This document shows positions 9,386-23,764 of a stretch of 64,000 nt of DNA, piece after piece. Position 1 is the stretch's first letter; each line of letters begins with the position of its first letter. Source of the stretch: a phage. The translations under genes and the position numbers were made by a program. The DNA lies in the sequence record PX915678.1, one strand, 5' to 3'. The notes beneath the pieces were generated by a model, which was not told the DNA's origin, did no database searches, and saw only the letters and a list, made by a program, of their open reading frames with translations.

Positions 9386-9720
9386 TTCATAATCACCAGA
9401 TAAGCAGATTTAGCAGTTTCAACACGATAAATTTCGTGACGAAGTTTAGTTATACTTTTAATAACAGAACTAATTATATTCTGCCCATCTTTAAAGCGGT
9501 TTTTCTTATCAATAAAAATTGCGCCAACCATCTTTTTGTGAAGCTCAACTGGATACTTCGTCACAATAATAGCATCATACACAGAAGGATGAATACTATT
9601 CACTAGAGTATCATTCATTAAAGTTATTCTAATGAACTGTGCTGTTTCAGAATCAAGCGCTCTATGATCGCCAGTATCATTTTCAAGACAATTATCAATT
9701 ATATCAGTTAAATTCATCAT
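9382..9720 (-). CDS. hypothetical protein (112 aa)
   Basis: ORF coupled to cd (4-nt overlap). Confidence 0.5.
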   Translation of the reverse strand: MMNLTDIIDNCLENDTGDHRALDSETAQFIRITLMNDTLVNSIHPSVYDAIIVTKYPVELHKKMVGAIFIDKKNRFKDGQNIISSVIKSITKLRHEIYRVETAKSAYLVIMK

Positions 9721-9953
9721 AGTACGCCATACACCCTTTGTGCTTCAACTAATCCATCAAAATCCAATTTGAGATGTGTTATTTGGTCACCATCACCTGG
9801 ATTCACAATTACTAATACTGAACGAGGAGTTTCGGTAATAACGCGAACCGATGTTTCTGGAAATCGTTCAGAAACTTTATTTACCAATTCCTGAGCAAAT
9901 AGTTTAACTTTTTCTTGGAATTCTTTAACAGTAATTGGTTTTTCACTTAGCAT
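9717..9953 (-). CDS. hypothetical protein (78 aa)
   Basis: ORF in array. Confidence 0.5.
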   Translation of the reverse strand: MLSEKPITVKEFQEKVKLFAQELVNKVSERFPETSVRVITETPRSVLVIVNPGDGDQITHLKLDFDGLVEAQRVYGVL

Positions 9954-10474
9954 GTTGATCCTAGCTCCTTACTTTCAACGTTTTTAACTAATTTGACAGA
10001 AACTAATTCGGCATCTTGGGTAATCATTACCGGGCCTTCTTTATACTCTTCAAGATATTCTAGAGCTTTCTTTTTAGCTTCTTCCTTCGTATCAGTTTGA
10101 GCATAGATATAAAACATACAACCAGTAATACCTACTACTTTCCACTTAATTTCTTTATCAGTTTTAATTTCAAATTTACTGACAGAATCATCTTTTTGAA
10201 CTTCTTCGAAAAAAGAATATTCTAACATATAAGCAATTGAAAATAACGGGCTAACTTTATAGGATTCGCCCATTACATCAACAGCTTTATACCAGCGGTC
10301 ATCAATTTCGCGTTTAATGCTAATAACATTTTTCGCAGGATCTATTTTTACTTTAAATGAATTTTCCCCAATAAACTGAGCAATTCGTTTATTGGCCCCA
10401 CAAGTTTCATTAAAAATATCTTTATATCCAGCTTTAAAGCGATAAACCTTATCTTCTTCAAACCATTCGCTCAT
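9947..10474 (-). CDS. hypothetical protein (175 aa)
   Basis: ORF; early promoter upstream. Confidence 0.5.
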   Translation of the reverse strand: MSEWFEEDKVYRFKAGYKDIFNETCGANKRIAQFIGENSFKVKIDPAKNVISIKREIDDRWYKAVDVMGESYKVSPLFSIAYMLEYSFFEEVQKDDSVSKFEIKTDKEIKWKVVGITGCMFYIYAQTDTKEEAKKKALEYLEEYKEGPVMITQDAELVSVKLVKNVESKELGSTC

Positions 10475-10504
10475 TTCAATTTCCTCATTTGTTTTGGTAG
10501 AGCT

Positions 10505-10534
10505 ATAATATCACAACTCTACCATAAAGTAAAC
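10505..10534 (-). promoter_or_regulatory. T4-type early promoter
   Basis: Minus strand GTTTAC-18 nt-TATTAT upstream of ORF 9947..10474. Confidence 0.45.
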
Positions 10535-10536
10535 TA

Positions 10537-10818
10537 TTAAATTGCTTTGAATTCTGATGTCTGCGATTCAAAGCGAATATCGCCTTTGATGACTAGCTCA
10601 GCATCAAGACCAAATACGACAATGATATGCGCGGAACCCGGATACAGCGTAATTGCAATAGAATCCACCTGGTCTGGAAGCAAAGTGTTCAATACATGAG
10701 TCACTTGAGCATGAATTCGAAGCTCGGCTGCGTTATCAAGCTTTTCAAACATATTATTAGCGATAATTTGACTAAACACTACTTCTACGATTTTAGAATA
10801 AGTCGGAAACATATTCAC
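10537..10818 (-). CDS. hypothetical protein (93 aa)
   Basis: ORF in array. Confidence 0.5.
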   Translation of the reverse strand: MNMFPTYSKIVEVVFSQIIANNMFEKLDNAAELRIHAQVTHVLNTLLPDQVDSIAITLYPGSAHIIVVFGLDAELVIKGDIRFESQTSEFKAI

Positions 10819-11015
10819 CCCACATAATTTTCTTCAAGCCAATTAATAACATCCAACGCATTATCAAAAGTTGAACCATCTACTATGTCTTCTGTTTCAT
10901 AATCAAGAATATCTAAGTCTATTCTTCCATCAACAATAGGCCATAAACAAAATAGATATTTCTTTTCTTTTTCAATTTTATCGCAAAGTTGATAAATCTT
11001 TTCTATGTTATTCAT
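10815..11015 (-). CDS. hypothetical protein (66 aa)
   Basis: ORF in array. Confidence 0.45.
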   Translation of the reverse strand: MNNIEKIYQLCDKIEKEKKYLFCLWPIVDGRIDLDILDYETEDIVDGSTFDNALDVINWLEENYVG

Positions 11016-11204
11016 AAGTTTTCCATGGTAAAGGCAGTTTAGTTTTCTTTACTGTTAGTTCAACATCAGGATTCTTTTCTCTTAATTTAAGACATTCCTC
11101 CCAAGCTCTGTTTTCACTAGTGAAAACACAAAATTGCCCATTACTAGTACCAACTAAACCGCTATTTACAATAACAATAGCCCAAGTTTCATGATGCAAA
11201 GCCA

Positions 11205-11205
<1 letters not shown>
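11008..11205 (-). CDS. hypothetical protein (65 aa)
   Basis: ORF in array. Confidence 0.45.
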
Positions 11206-12430
<1,225 letters not shown>

Positions 12431-12433
12431 TTA

Positions 12434-12664
12434 TTATTTCTCAACCAATGATTGAATATAATCATGCAGGTCTTTAGATGCTTTACCCCACTTATTTTGG
12501 TATTCATTTTTAAGATTAGCACGAGATTGAGCTAATAAAACATCATTAGTTGGAGGTAAAGATTCTAACCGCTGAATCTGGCGTCCGTAAATCATTGCAG
12601 CCATCTCGGATTCATAAATCAATCCTTTGAGATGTTCAAATTGATGCCATGAAATCATTTGCAT
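12434..12664 (-). CDS. hypothetical protein (76 aa)
   Basis: ORF in array. Confidence 0.5.
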   Translation of the reverse strand: MQMISWHQFEHLKGLIYESEMAAMIYGRQIQRLESLPPTNDVLLAQSRANLKNEYQNKWGKASKDLHDYIQSLVEK

Positions 12665-12954
12665 TTATCCTCTTTTAACTCTTGGCGATAATAACATATC
12701 ATAGTTTTCTGATCATGTACATATCGTTTTACATCATTAAGCCAAATACGAAATTCCTGGGAATCTTCGAATGGCATACCGACCCAAGCTTTACCATCAA
12801 TAACCTTAACTTGCCAGGATAGTTTAGCTTCATCGTATGACTTTATTTGTACAGGCCAATTAGGATGAACTGTTTCTTTCTTTACTTCTAGAGGCTTTGT
12901 CGAACAACCAACTAGAAGACCAATAGATAATATTACTGCTGATAGTTTAATCAT
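12655..12954 (-). CDS. outer-membrane spanin lipoprotein (o-spanin; pseT.2 position)
   Basis: 99 aa; signal peptide with lipobox LVGC; immediately downstream of i-spanin-like gene. Confidence 0.65.
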   Translation of the reverse strand: MIKLSAVILSIGLLVGCSTKPLEVKKETVHPNWPVQIKSYDEAKLSWQVKVIDGKAWVGMPFEDSQEFRIWLNDVKRYVHDQKTMICYYRQELKEDKCK

Positions 12955-13304
12955 TTAGAAAGGTCCTGGATGTCTTCTGCGAACTTGTTGAAGGAGTTGT
13001 TGATTTGTTTTTCAACCAATCCTGGCTTATGAGCCACCACATCCGCCTTCTTTGCGTCTTTGCGCAGTTTTTCATTTTCACGCTCAATAGCAGCAATTGC
13101 CTCACGATTTTTATTATTCATCGCATCAATATAATTATACTGAATTCGCAAATTATTTAATGCTAAAGCGTTTTCATTGGCCGTTTTTGTAATTTCTACA
13201 ACAGACGTTTCTAATCTTTCAATTTTATTTTTTAAAATTAAAGAAGTTCCGCCCAATGCAATTACAATTAATAGCAAGCCTGTTGTCGTATTACTTAATT
13301 GCAT
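12951..13304 (-). CDS. inner-membrane spanin (i-spanin; pseT.3 position)
   Basis: 117 aa; N-terminal TM helix (GLLLIVIALGG) then coiled-coil-like periplasmic domain; 4-nt overlap with o-spanin. Confidence 0.65.
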   Translation of the reverse strand: MQLSNTTTGLLLIVIALGGTSLILKNKIERLETSVVEITKTANENALALNNLRIQYNYIDAMNNKNREAIAAIERENEKLRKDAKKADVVAHKPGLVEKQINNSFNKFAEDIQDLSK

Positions 13305-13798
13305 AAAGTTTTAATAACCTCTATAATATCGTCTTGAGAAAGACCGTTAATTAAAATATGATGTTCAGCAGGAGATTTAGAAATTTTAAAGCATGCCTCA
13401 ACATCTTCTGCCATATCCGATGCGCTACGATTTGGATTACTAATTCCAAGACGATGTTTTCCCGTTAAAGGATTAACGATGATATAGCATTTACAGTTGT
13501 TGATATGAACATTAGGTTGAGTCTGATTAATGAACACATCACAATCATATTTCGCAAGCTGATTTTCTAAAAAGACTTTCATCTCCTCAACCGCATCAGG
13601 AAGCATATCACGGGCTTGCTCAAGACGACGATTTCGATATTCTTTAATGGTCGTTTTCCGCTTGACTTGCTTAGCTAAATCTTTCTTAAGATCGGTGATA
13701 TATCCAACTCGACGATTTCCTTTAAATACAGAAATCCCATCTGTAGTATCACCGTATGCTTCAACGACCATCTCAGTAGTAATAAGCTGTAAATCCAT
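13295..13798 (-). CDS. alc: Alc, host transcription terminator on cytosine-containing DNA
   Basis: 167 aa from MDLQLITTEMVV...; position between spanins and rnlA as in T4. Confidence 0.7.
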   Translation of the reverse strand: MDLQLITTEMVVEAYGDTTDGISVFKGNRRVGYITDLKKDLAKQVKRKTTIKEYRNRRLEQARDMLPDAVEEMKVFLENQLAKYDCDVFINQTQPNVHINNCKCYIIVNPLTGKHRLGISNPNRSASDMAEDVEACFKISKSPAEHHILINGLSQDDIIEVIKTLCN

Positions 13799-13862
13799 CA
13801 TAAAGTCCTCATGTTATGTCAGTAAGACTACTGTAACACAACACGAGGGACTTGTAAACAGC

Positions 13863-15450
<1,588 letters not shown>

Positions 15451-15457
15451 AATAAAA

Positions 15458-15473
15458 TGGGCCTTGCGGCCCA
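15458..15473 (-). promoter_or_regulatory. GNRA-type hairpin in denA translation initiation region
   Basis: tgggcc-ttgc-ggccca; on the transcript an AAGGAG SD, then the hairpin, then UUUUAUU-AUG. Confidence 0.4.
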
Positions 15474-15477
15474 CTCC

Positions 15478-16656
15478 TTAAAAATATTTTTTAAAACTCA
15501 TCATAACTTTATCATCAACATCATTATCAATCTGTGCAACAAGGTAAGATGACAGTTCTACTTCTTGTGGCGCGGATTGAACATTATCAGAATTAAGATA
15601 TTCACGAATCCAAGGATACGGATGTTTAACCGGAGCATCGGTAATTGGGCATGGAAGACCACACTGTTTCATACGAGATACAGTTAAGTAATCAATAAAG
15701 CTCCACATGCTATTTGTATTTAATCCAGGAACATCACCATCTTTAAATAAATGAACTGCCCAGTCTTTTTCTTGGCGGTTGACTTCCATAAAAATATCAA
15801 CTGCTTCTTGTTCACACTCTTGGGCGATTTTAACCCATTCATCCCCATCAGTGCCAAGCTGAAGTTGACGAATAATATATTGGGTACCTTTAAGGTGAAG
15901 CTGTTCATCACGAGCAATGAACTTCATAATCTTGGCATTACCTTCCATGATTTCCATGTTCTTATGGAAGTTAAAGGTACATGCAAAAGATACATAAAAA
16001 CGAATAGCTTCCAATGCGTTGATTACATGAAGGCAAAGATAAAGAGATTTCATTAGTGCTCGTTTAGCTTCGGCTTCTTGTTTAATAGCTCGATTTAAAC
16101 GAAAATCAGCATCAGGAGATTCTTTAGCTAGTTCTACGAATTCTTTAGCATTTTCCCATTCACGGGTCTTCTTAAGAACATCATCGTAATAGCGACCAAT
16201 GGACTCGGCACGTTTCATAATATCTTCATCTAATACAATCTCATCAAATACCTTTGACGGATCAGTATAAAGATTTCGCATAATATGAGTATATGAACGA
16301 CTGTGAATAGTTTCACTAAAAGTCCATGTAGCAACCCATGTATCAAGACTTGGATCTGAAATTAATGACATAAGTACAGCAGACGGTGCACGACCCTGAA
16401 TGCTATCCAAAAGTGATTGATACTTCAGGTTATTAGTAAAAATATCTTGCTGATACTGAGGAAGCTTGTTAAATTGTGCAGCATCCATCATCAAGTTTAC
16501 TTCTTCAGGACGCCAGAAAAATGACAATTGCTTTTCGGTTAAATCTTCAAAAACTTTATGGCGTTGAATATCATAACGCGCAATACCAAGACCTGAACCG
16601 AAGAACATGGGTTCTTTTAAAACATCAACTGGATTTGTATTAAAAACTGTGCTCAT
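15478..16656 (-). CDS. nrdB: ribonucleotide reductase small subunit (class Ia beta)
   Basis: 392 aa uninterrupted ORF directly downstream of nrdA (order and size as in T4); no intron. Confidence 0.9.
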   Translation of the reverse strand: MSTVFNTNPVDVLKEPMFFGSGLGIARYDIQRHKVFEDLTEKQLSFFWRPEEVNLMMDAAQFNKLPQYQQDIFTNNLKYQSLLDSIQGRAPSAVLMSLISDPSLDTWVATWTFSETIHSRSYTHIMRNLYTDPSKVFDEIVLDEDIMKRAESIGRYYDDVLKKTREWENAKEFVELAKESPDADFRLNRAIKQEAEAKRALMKSLYLCLHVINALEAIRFYVSFACTFNFHKNMEIMEGNAKIMKFIARDEQLHLKGTQYIIRQLQLGTDGDEWVKIAQECEQEAVDIFMEVNRQEKDWAVHLFKDGDVPGLNTNSMWSFIDYLTVSRMKQCGLPCPITDAPVKHPYPWIREYLNSDNVQSAPQEVELSSYLVAQIDNDVDDKVMMSFKKYF

Positions 16657-16707
16657 AAATTTTCCGCTTAGTTAATAGATAGTGACTCGTCCGTGAGTCA
16701 AATTATA

Positions 16708-18972
16708 TCATAATTTACAGGATGAACAATCTTCAGCTTTTGGAGTTTCTATTTCATAATCATCAGTACCAGAACCGTCACGGGTATTATGATAATAGAA
16801 ATTTTTTCCGCCAAAATACCAAAAATATAAAAGGTCATCAATCATTATTGACATTGGAACCTTTCCTTTTGGAAAAATCTGCGGGTCATAATATGTATTC
16901 GCTGAAGCTGATTGACACACCCATTTAAGCATAATAGCTACCTGCGTAAGATAAGGTTTATTACCTTTCTTAGCTAATTTCCACGTATAATCATATAGGT
17001 CTATGTTATGCTCAATATTGGGCACGACTTGATTAAAGGAACCCTCTTTTGATTCTTTAACAGAGACTGGTCCACGTGGAGGCTCGATACCGTTTGTACT
17101 GTTAGAAACTTGGGAAGATGACTCACATGGCATAAGTGCTGATAATGTGCTATTACGGATGCCAAAGAGCTTAAGGTCTTCCCGCAGCGACGACCAGTCA
17201 CAAACGTATTTTGGAGCTGCGATTTGGTCAATCTTTTTATTGTACCAGTCGATAGGTAATTCGCCTCGAGACCAACGAGTGTCTGAATAATATTCGCAAG
17301 GTCCTTTTTCTTTGGCGAGCTTAATGGATGCTTTAATGAGTCCATACTGTAATCTCTCAAATAGTTCGTGTGTTAAATCGTTAGCATCTTCATAAGAAGC
17401 AAAATTACTTGCCAGCCAAGCTGCATAGTTAGTAACACCTACACCAAGGTTTCGACGCTTTTTGGCTTTTTCTGCTTCAGGAACTGGATATCCTTGGTAA
17501 TCCAAAAGATTATCAAGAGCACGAACTTGGACTTCTGCCAATTCATTAATTTTATCTTGGTCTTGCCAATCGAAGTTATCTAACACAAATGCAGATAACG
17601 TGCACAATCCAATTTCAGCATCAGGACTATTCACATCATTTGTTGGAATAGCAATTTCACAACACAAGTTGCTCTGACGAATAGGTGCCTTTTCACGAAT
17701 AAACGGAGTATAGTTATTCGTATTATCAATGAACTGTACATAAATCCTTGCTGTTCCTGAGCGTTCAGTCATGAGCAATTCAAACAGTTCACGGGCTTTA
17801 ATACGCTTTTTACGAATATTAGGGTCTTTTTCTGCAGCTTCATATAATTCACGGAAACGGTCTTGGTCTTTAAAATAAGAATAATAAAGTTCGCCACCCA
17901 TTTCATGCGGACTGAACAAAGTAATGTAATCATTCTTTCCGAATCGTTCCATCATCAAATCATTCAGCTGGACGCCATAATCCATATGACGGATACGGTT
18001 TTCTTCTACACCTTTGTTATTTTTCAAAACGAGAAGATTTTCAACTTCCAAATGCCAAATAGGATAATAAGCAGTAGCAGCGCCGCCACGAATTCCACCC
18101 TGTGAGCATGATTTAACAGCAGTCTGAAAATGTTTCCAAAAAGGAATAACGCCAGTATGGCGTACTTCACCTGTGCCAATCTTAGAACCTTCGGCACGAA
18201 TCATACCAACGTTAATACCAATTCCAGCACGTTTGGAGATATATTCAACAATTGAAGCAGAAGCCTTATTGATAGACTTTAATGAATCACCTGCTTCAAT
18301 AACAACGCATGAACTAAACTGCCGAGTTGGAGTACGGCAACCAGCCATAATAGGAGTTGGCAGTGAAATCTGTCGAGTAGATACTGCTTCATAAAAACGA
18401 ATAACATGTTTTAATCTATCAACAGGTTCATCTTGATGCAATGCCATTCCAATAGTCATAAATGCAAACTGTGGAGTTTCATAAATTTGACCAGTGGTTT
18501 TATCTTTAACTAGATATTTTTCTTTTAATTGCATCGCCCCGGAATAAGTAAATTCCATATCCCGTTCGTGCTTAATTTTTGATTCTAAAAATGTAATTTC
18601 TTCTGCTGAATATTTTGACAACAATTCAGGGTCGTATTTACCTTCATTTACACAGTAAGAAATATGGTCAATAAATGAACGTGGTTCATACTGCCCGTAA
18701 ACATGCTTACGAAGAGCGAACATTAAACAGCGTGCAGCTACGTATTGATAATCAGGCTCTTCAACTGAAATAGAATTCGCAGCAGCCTTAATTACAATGG
18801 TTTGAATGTCATCAGTTGTCATTCCATCACGGAGATATGATTTAATATTTTCATATAATTCATAAGGATCTACAGATGTTCCTTCAGCTGCCCAAGATAA
18901 AACTTTAATAATTTTTTGTGGGTCAAAGCTCTGAGAAACACCACTACTTTTGATAACATTAATTAATTGCAT
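16708..18972 (-). CDS. nrdA: ribonucleotide reductase large subunit (class Ia alpha)
   Basis: 754 aa; ATP-cone N-terminus, C-terminal CxxC pair. Confidence 0.95.
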   Translation of the reverse strand: MQLINVIKSSGVSQSFDPQKIIKVLSWAAEGTSVDPYELYENIKSYLRDGMTTDDIQTIVIKAAANSISVEEPDYQYVAARCLMFALRKHVYGQYEPRSFIDHISYCVNEGKYDPELLSKYSAEEITFLESKIKHERDMEFTYSGAMQLKEKYLVKDKTTGQIYETPQFAFMTIGMALHQDEPVDRLKHVIRFYEAVSTRQISLPTPIMAGCRTPTRQFSSCVVIEAGDSLKSINKASASIVEYISKRAGIGINVGMIRAEGSKIGTGEVRHTGVIPFWKHFQTAVKSCSQGGIRGGAATAYYPIWHLEVENLLVLKNNKGVEENRIRHMDYGVQLNDLMMERFGKNDYITLFSPHEMGGELYYSYFKDQDRFRELYEAAEKDPNIRKKRIKARELFELLMTERSGTARIYVQFIDNTNNYTPFIREKAPIRQSNLCCEIAIPTNDVNSPDAEIGLCTLSAFVLDNFDWQDQDKINELAEVQVRALDNLLDYQGYPVPEAEKAKKRRNLGVGVTNYAAWLASNFASYEDANDLTHELFERLQYGLIKASIKLAKEKGPCEYYSDTRWSRGELPIDWYNKKIDQIAAPKYVCDWSSLREDLKLFGIRNSTLSALMPCESSSQVSNSTNGIEPPRGPVSVKESKEGSFNQVVPNIEHNIDLYDYTWKLAKKGNKPYLTQVAIMLKWVCQSASANTYYDPQIFPKGKVPMSIMIDDLLYFWYFGGKNFYYHNTRDGSGTDDYEIETPKAEDCSSCKL

Positions 18973-19289
18973 AAGTCCTCAACTTGAAAATCGTCTTTAA
19001 ACAATCGGTTAACTATATGAGCTATTATATCACCATGACACGGCTTCGGTTTACATGTGCATCCTAGCCTCATTCCACGTAAAGGCTCTAAATGTGCTTT
19101 AGTTATTTCTCCGGATTTAATTCGACGTATAAAATCTTTTTTGAATAATTCAATGGCAGCCTCCCGGCTGCCAGCATCTTTACCGACGTAATTTCCCCAA
19201 AATGTACCACGGTGAATATTAACATCAAAGTCGGATTTATATTTATTCACTACCTGGCATAGACGGCCCGCGCGGTGATAATTCGTCAT
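18963..19289 (-). CDS. hypothetical protein with Cys/His cluster (108 aa; nrdA.1 position)
   Basis: ATG at 19289; motif [15 protein letters not shown]. Confidence 0.5.
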   Translation of the reverse strand: MTNYHRAGRLCQVVNKYKSDFDVNIHRGTFWGNYVGKDAGSREAAIELFKKDFIRRIKSGEITKAHLEPLRGMRLGCTCKPKPCHGDIIAHIVNRLFKDDFQVEDLCN

Positions 19290-19518
19290 ATTGTTGTTCC
19301 GTTAAAACAGTAATATCATAATAACAATCAGAAGAAGTTTTAACTGTGGAAATTTTATTATCAAAATACTCACGGGTCATTTTATGAGTATAATATTTTT
19401 TGCCATAAATGATAATAGGCTGATTTGGTCCTGGAACTTCTAACTCACTTGGATTAGGAAGTGTAAAAAGAACGACACCAGAAGTATCCTTAAATCGTAA
19501 AATCATATATCCTCTCAA
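19243..19518 (-). CDS. hypothetical protein (about 87-91 aa; nrdA.2 position)
   Basis: ORF; start ambiguous (19518 or 19506). Confidence 0.45.
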   Translation of the reverse strand: MRGYMILRFKDTSGVVLFTLPNPSELEVPGPNQPIIIYGKKYYTHKMTREYFDNKISTVKTSSDCYYDITVLTEQQYDELSPRGPSMPGSE

Positions 19519-19529
19519 TTAAATTAAAA

Positions 19530-20389
19530 TTACACCGCCATCTTTCCTTTAATTGGCGGGTGAGATACATAGTTGTTAAGAACAAAATTATGCGGCTTTG
19601 CGAATTGACTCAACCAAAATACCTGCGATTCTGTGTCCCATTCATCAAATTCATCTGGAAATTTTAATTGTAATTCGCATAAATCCATAGGTTCACGACG
19701 CAAAATTTCTTTACATTGTTCTACGTGATTCATATAGATATGAGTATTACCACCAGAAAATATCAAATCTCCAGGAATAAGATTACACATCTTAGCTACA
19801 ATATGAACTAACGTAGCATATGATGCAATATTAAATGGAAGACCGAGGAAAACATCTACCGAACGTTGATACCACTGCAAATCCAAATAGCCATTACGCA
19901 CATTAAACTGATAGAACATATGACAAGGTGGTAATGCCATATATTTAAGTTCAGCTGGATTCCATGCAGAAACAATTTGACGCCTATCATTTGGTAGTTT
20001 TTTAATACGATCAACAACTTCTATAATTTGGTCTACACCACCAAAATCGCGCCATTGTTTTCCATAAATTGGACCAAGTTCACCACTATGGTATCCTAAA
20101 TCTTTTGCTTGATTTTCGTAATTTTCATCCCAGACTGTTTTGCCTTGAATTAATGAATCATGTTGAATTAATCGCAAATCATTGACATTTGTGCTTCCCG
20201 ATAAAAACCATATTAGTTCAGCAATGCAAGCTTTCCAGGCGAGCTTCTTAGTCGTTACTGCAGGAAAACCTTTAGTTAAATCCCAGCGTAATTTAGTACC
20301 GAACAAAGCAATTGTTCCTGTGCCTGTTCGGTCATCGGTTTCGTAGCCATTTTCTAGGATATCTTTAATTAAAAATTGGTATTGTTTCA

Positions 20390-20390
<1 letters not shown>
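19530..20390 (-). CDS. td: thymidylate synthase, uninterrupted (no intron)
   Basis: 286 aa from MKQYQ...; folate site ALPPCH; single continuous ORF. Confidence 0.95.
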
Positions 20391-21419
<1,029 letters not shown>

Positions 21420-21427
21420 TTTATCTC

Positions 21428-21763
21428 CTAATATAAAGGATCGGGAACATATCCACTAGCTTTAATCATTTTAATTAATGTTAACATTCCTTTATTAACT
21501 GCTAGTGAAATTTCATCAAAAACTTCATCACTAAAAAGTTCTAACACGCCCTTCTGAACTTTTAGTTTACAGCCAACAATTTCGTCATCGCCTATAGTAA
21601 ATTCGTTTCCGCCAATTCCACCGAAAAACTTAATTACGCCAGTTAACTGTCTTCCACGAGAATATGGGTCGTGCGATAAAGTAATATGAGTCACCCCAGG
21701 TACAGTTTTAAATTGGCAGCGGATGTTTACTTGAGCAATTCCAGTTACATGAATGTCAGACAT
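21428..21763 (-). CDS. hypothetical protein (111 aa)
   Basis: ORF in array. Confidence 0.5.
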   Translation of the reverse strand: MSDIHVTGIAQVNIRCQFKTVPGVTHITLSHDPYSRGRQLTGVIKFFGGIGGNEFTIGDDEIVGCKLKVQKGVLELFSDEVFDEISLAVNKGMLTLIKMIKASGYVPDPLY

Positions 21764-21773
21764 AATATTTTCC

Positions 21774-22016
21774 TCAAACAGTCTTTTTCACAATTTTCCA
21801 ATCAGCTTTAAACTGTTCAACATCAGAATGGTAAATCCAGAATCCTGCGCTTTCTCCATCCTCATAAAGAGGGCATCCATCACATTCATCTTCCCATCCC
21901 ATATCACGCAAAAGATGTTCAGCTTTTTCAACAAGTTCAGAATCTTTACCGATGATATTAAAATACCATTTACCTCTAACTTCTGAATCTTTAATACTCT
22001 GACGTTGTAATCTCAT
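21774..22016 (-). CDS. hypothetical protein (80 aa)
   Basis: ORF; early promoter upstream. Confidence 0.5.
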   Translation of the reverse strand: MRLQRQSIKDSEVRGKWYFNIIGKDSELVEKAEHLLRDMGWEDECDGCPLYEDGESAGFWIYHSDVEQFKADWKIVKKTV

Positions 22017-22041
22017 TTTATTCTCCTTAGTTGATAGGGTA

Positions 22042-22071
22042 ATAGTATCACACTACTACCCTACTGTAAAC
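22042..22071 (-). promoter_or_regulatory. T4-type early promoter
   Basis: Minus strand GTTTAC-18 nt-TACTAT. Confidence 0.5.
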
Positions 22072-22436
22072 TACTTTTTGAAAGTTTTTCGCAAAAGTTC
22101 AATGATTTCGTCGACGTTATTTTCGTCTACAATGCAGTGAATTTTTGTTACGCCAGAAACCTTGTCTTCGATTTCATCTTCTTCAGAAGTCGGTTCTTTA
22201 TATTCACGGAAACAATGAAATTCATCTTCGCAAACGTTAAAGTAAAAATGCTTTCCATTTGCGCATTCAATGTGTTTTATTACTCTAAATCCATCGGCAA
22301 AGAAAGCTTCTTTAACTTCAAACCATCCGCCATTTTCTTGAATAATTTTAACTATTGATGAATTAGAACGTGGGCGATAATTAATAAATGTATTAATAAG
22401 TCTTGGAACAAGCTCATACTTTTTGCCGATATACAT
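22071..22436 (-). CDS. hypothetical protein (121 aa)
   Basis: ATG with SD GAGGAAACA. Confidence 0.5.
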   Translation of the reverse strand: MYIGKKYELVPRLINTFINYRPRSNSSIVKIIQENGGWFEVKEAFFADGFRVIKHIECANGKHFYFNVCEDEFHCFREYKEPTSEEDEIEDKVSGVTKIHCIVDENNVDEIIELLRKTFKK

Positions 22437-22456
22437 TGTGTTTCCTCATTTTAATA

Positions 22457-22472
22457 GGGGCTTTATAGCCCC
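22457..22472 (-). other. intercistronic stem-loop
   Basis: ggggct-ttat-agcccc between two ORFs. Confidence 0.35.
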
Positions 22473-22479
22473 TTGATAA

Positions 22480-22710
22480 TTATTGTTCAATTAATCCCAT
22501 GTAAAATTCTGTGTCTTCAGAATCCATACCATCACAATATTCATTAGCCATAAAGCGGGTGAGGTCTTCAAGAGGACCTTCAATGACAATAGAAAAATTG
22601 CAATAATTGGGATCATCGTGAATACTTGTGATACTAAGCTCAGGATAACGATTACGAATAATTTCTTCAATATATTCAAAATCAACGATGTCAATATCAA
22701 CTTTAGCCAT
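22480..22710 (-). CDS. hypothetical acidic protein (76 aa)
   Basis: Start at MAKVDIDIV with SD AGAGGAAAA; track N-terminal extension runs into the promoter. Confidence 0.5.
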   Translation of the reverse strand: MAKVDIDIVDFEYIEEIIRNRYPELSITSIHDDPNYCNFSIVIEGPLEDLTRFMANEYCDGMDSEDTEFYMGLIEQ

Positions 22711-22753
22711 ATTATTTTCCTCTTTAATCATCAGCAGTATTGCCGATAGTTGT

Positions 22754-22783
22754 ATAGTACCACAGTCCTTGTGGTATGTAAAC
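22754..22783 (-). promoter_or_regulatory. T4-type early promoter (conserved cassette)
   Basis: Minus strand GTTTACATACCACAAGGACTGTGGTACTATACAACTATCAACTAC; near-identical at 43225..43254 and 39433..39462. Confidence 0.55.
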
Positions 22784-22814
22784 TGTTTTGTGAAAAAATT
22801 TTTGAAATAAAAAA

Positions 22815-22833
22815 GGGGACCTCTAGGGTCCCC
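22815..22833 (-). terminator. intrinsic terminator downstream of gene 32
   Basis: ggggacc-tcta-gggtcccc followed on transcript by UUUUUUAUUU. Confidence 0.6.
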
Positions 22834-22855
22834 AATTAATTAGTAATATAATCTA

Positions 22856-23764
22856 TTAAAGGTCATTCAAAAGGTCATCCAGGTCCGTGTCATCAGCACT
22901 AGATGAACTGCCAGAGCTTGAGCTCATAAAATCATCTTCAGTTTTTGTATTGAAGTCGTCAACATTGAATGCATCCAAATCATCAGCAACTTTATCAGCT
23001 TTCTTAGCGGCAGTCGCTGCGGCACCACCCATAGCAGCAGTTCCCATAACTTGACTGAATTTAGTGCTCAGTTCTTCAAACGATTTGAATTTATCTTTAG
23101 AAGTCATTTCAGAAAGGTCAACCATTTGTTCGAACAGTTCTTTCTGGAAAGATTCATCATCAATGTTTGGAATCGCAGATTGATTCAGGAATTTAGATTC
23201 GTCGTAGTTACTAAAACCAGAAACTTGTTTAACTTTCAGTACAAAGTTAGCACCTTCCCACGGACAAGTTACATCAACCGGAGTTTCACCCATTTCAACA
23301 TCAACTGCAATCATTGCATTGATTTTATCCCAGATTTTCTTACCGAAACGGTATTTAAATACTTTACCTTCATTTTCTGGAGCAGCCGGGTCTTTTACTA
23401 CAAGAATGTTAGCCCAGTAAGAAGTTTTACGTTTAACAAGACCGTACTCTTTATTGTCAGTGTTATACAAATCATTTTTACTGATGTACTGACATACTGG
23501 ACAAGAATCGTAATCACCGTGGGTAGATGAACAGTTTTCAATATACCATTTACCATTTTTCTTGAAACCGTGATTTACAAGAATTGCGAATGGTGCTTGT
23601 TCATCATTTTTAGACGGAAGAAAACGAATTACTGCTTGACCGTTACCCGCGTTATCGAGTTTCAGTTTCCACTCACCTTTATCTTCAGAAGAAAAACCAC
23701 CTTTATTTCCAGCCAGTTTAGCCATTTGTGCAGCGAGTTCAGCAGTAGATTTACGTTTAAACAT
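22856..23764 (-). CDS. 32: single-stranded DNA-binding protein gp32
   Basis: 302 aa; [50 protein letters not shown]...; acidic C-terminal tail. Confidence 0.95.
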   Translation of the reverse strand: MFKRKSTAELAAQMAKLAGNKGGFSSEDKGEWKLKLDNAGNGQAVIRFLPSKNDEQAPFAILVNHGFKKNGKWYIENCSSTHGDYDSCPVCQYISKNDLYNTDNKEYGLVKRKTSYWANILVVKDPAAPENEGKVFKYRFGKKIWDKINAMIAVDVEMGETPVDVTCPWEGANFVLKVKQVSGFSNYDESKFLNQSAIPNIDDESFQKELFEQMVDLSEMTSKDKFKSFEELSTKFSQVMGTAAMGGAAATAAKKADKVADDLDAFNVDDFNTKTEDDFMSSSSGSSSSADDTDLDDLLNDL

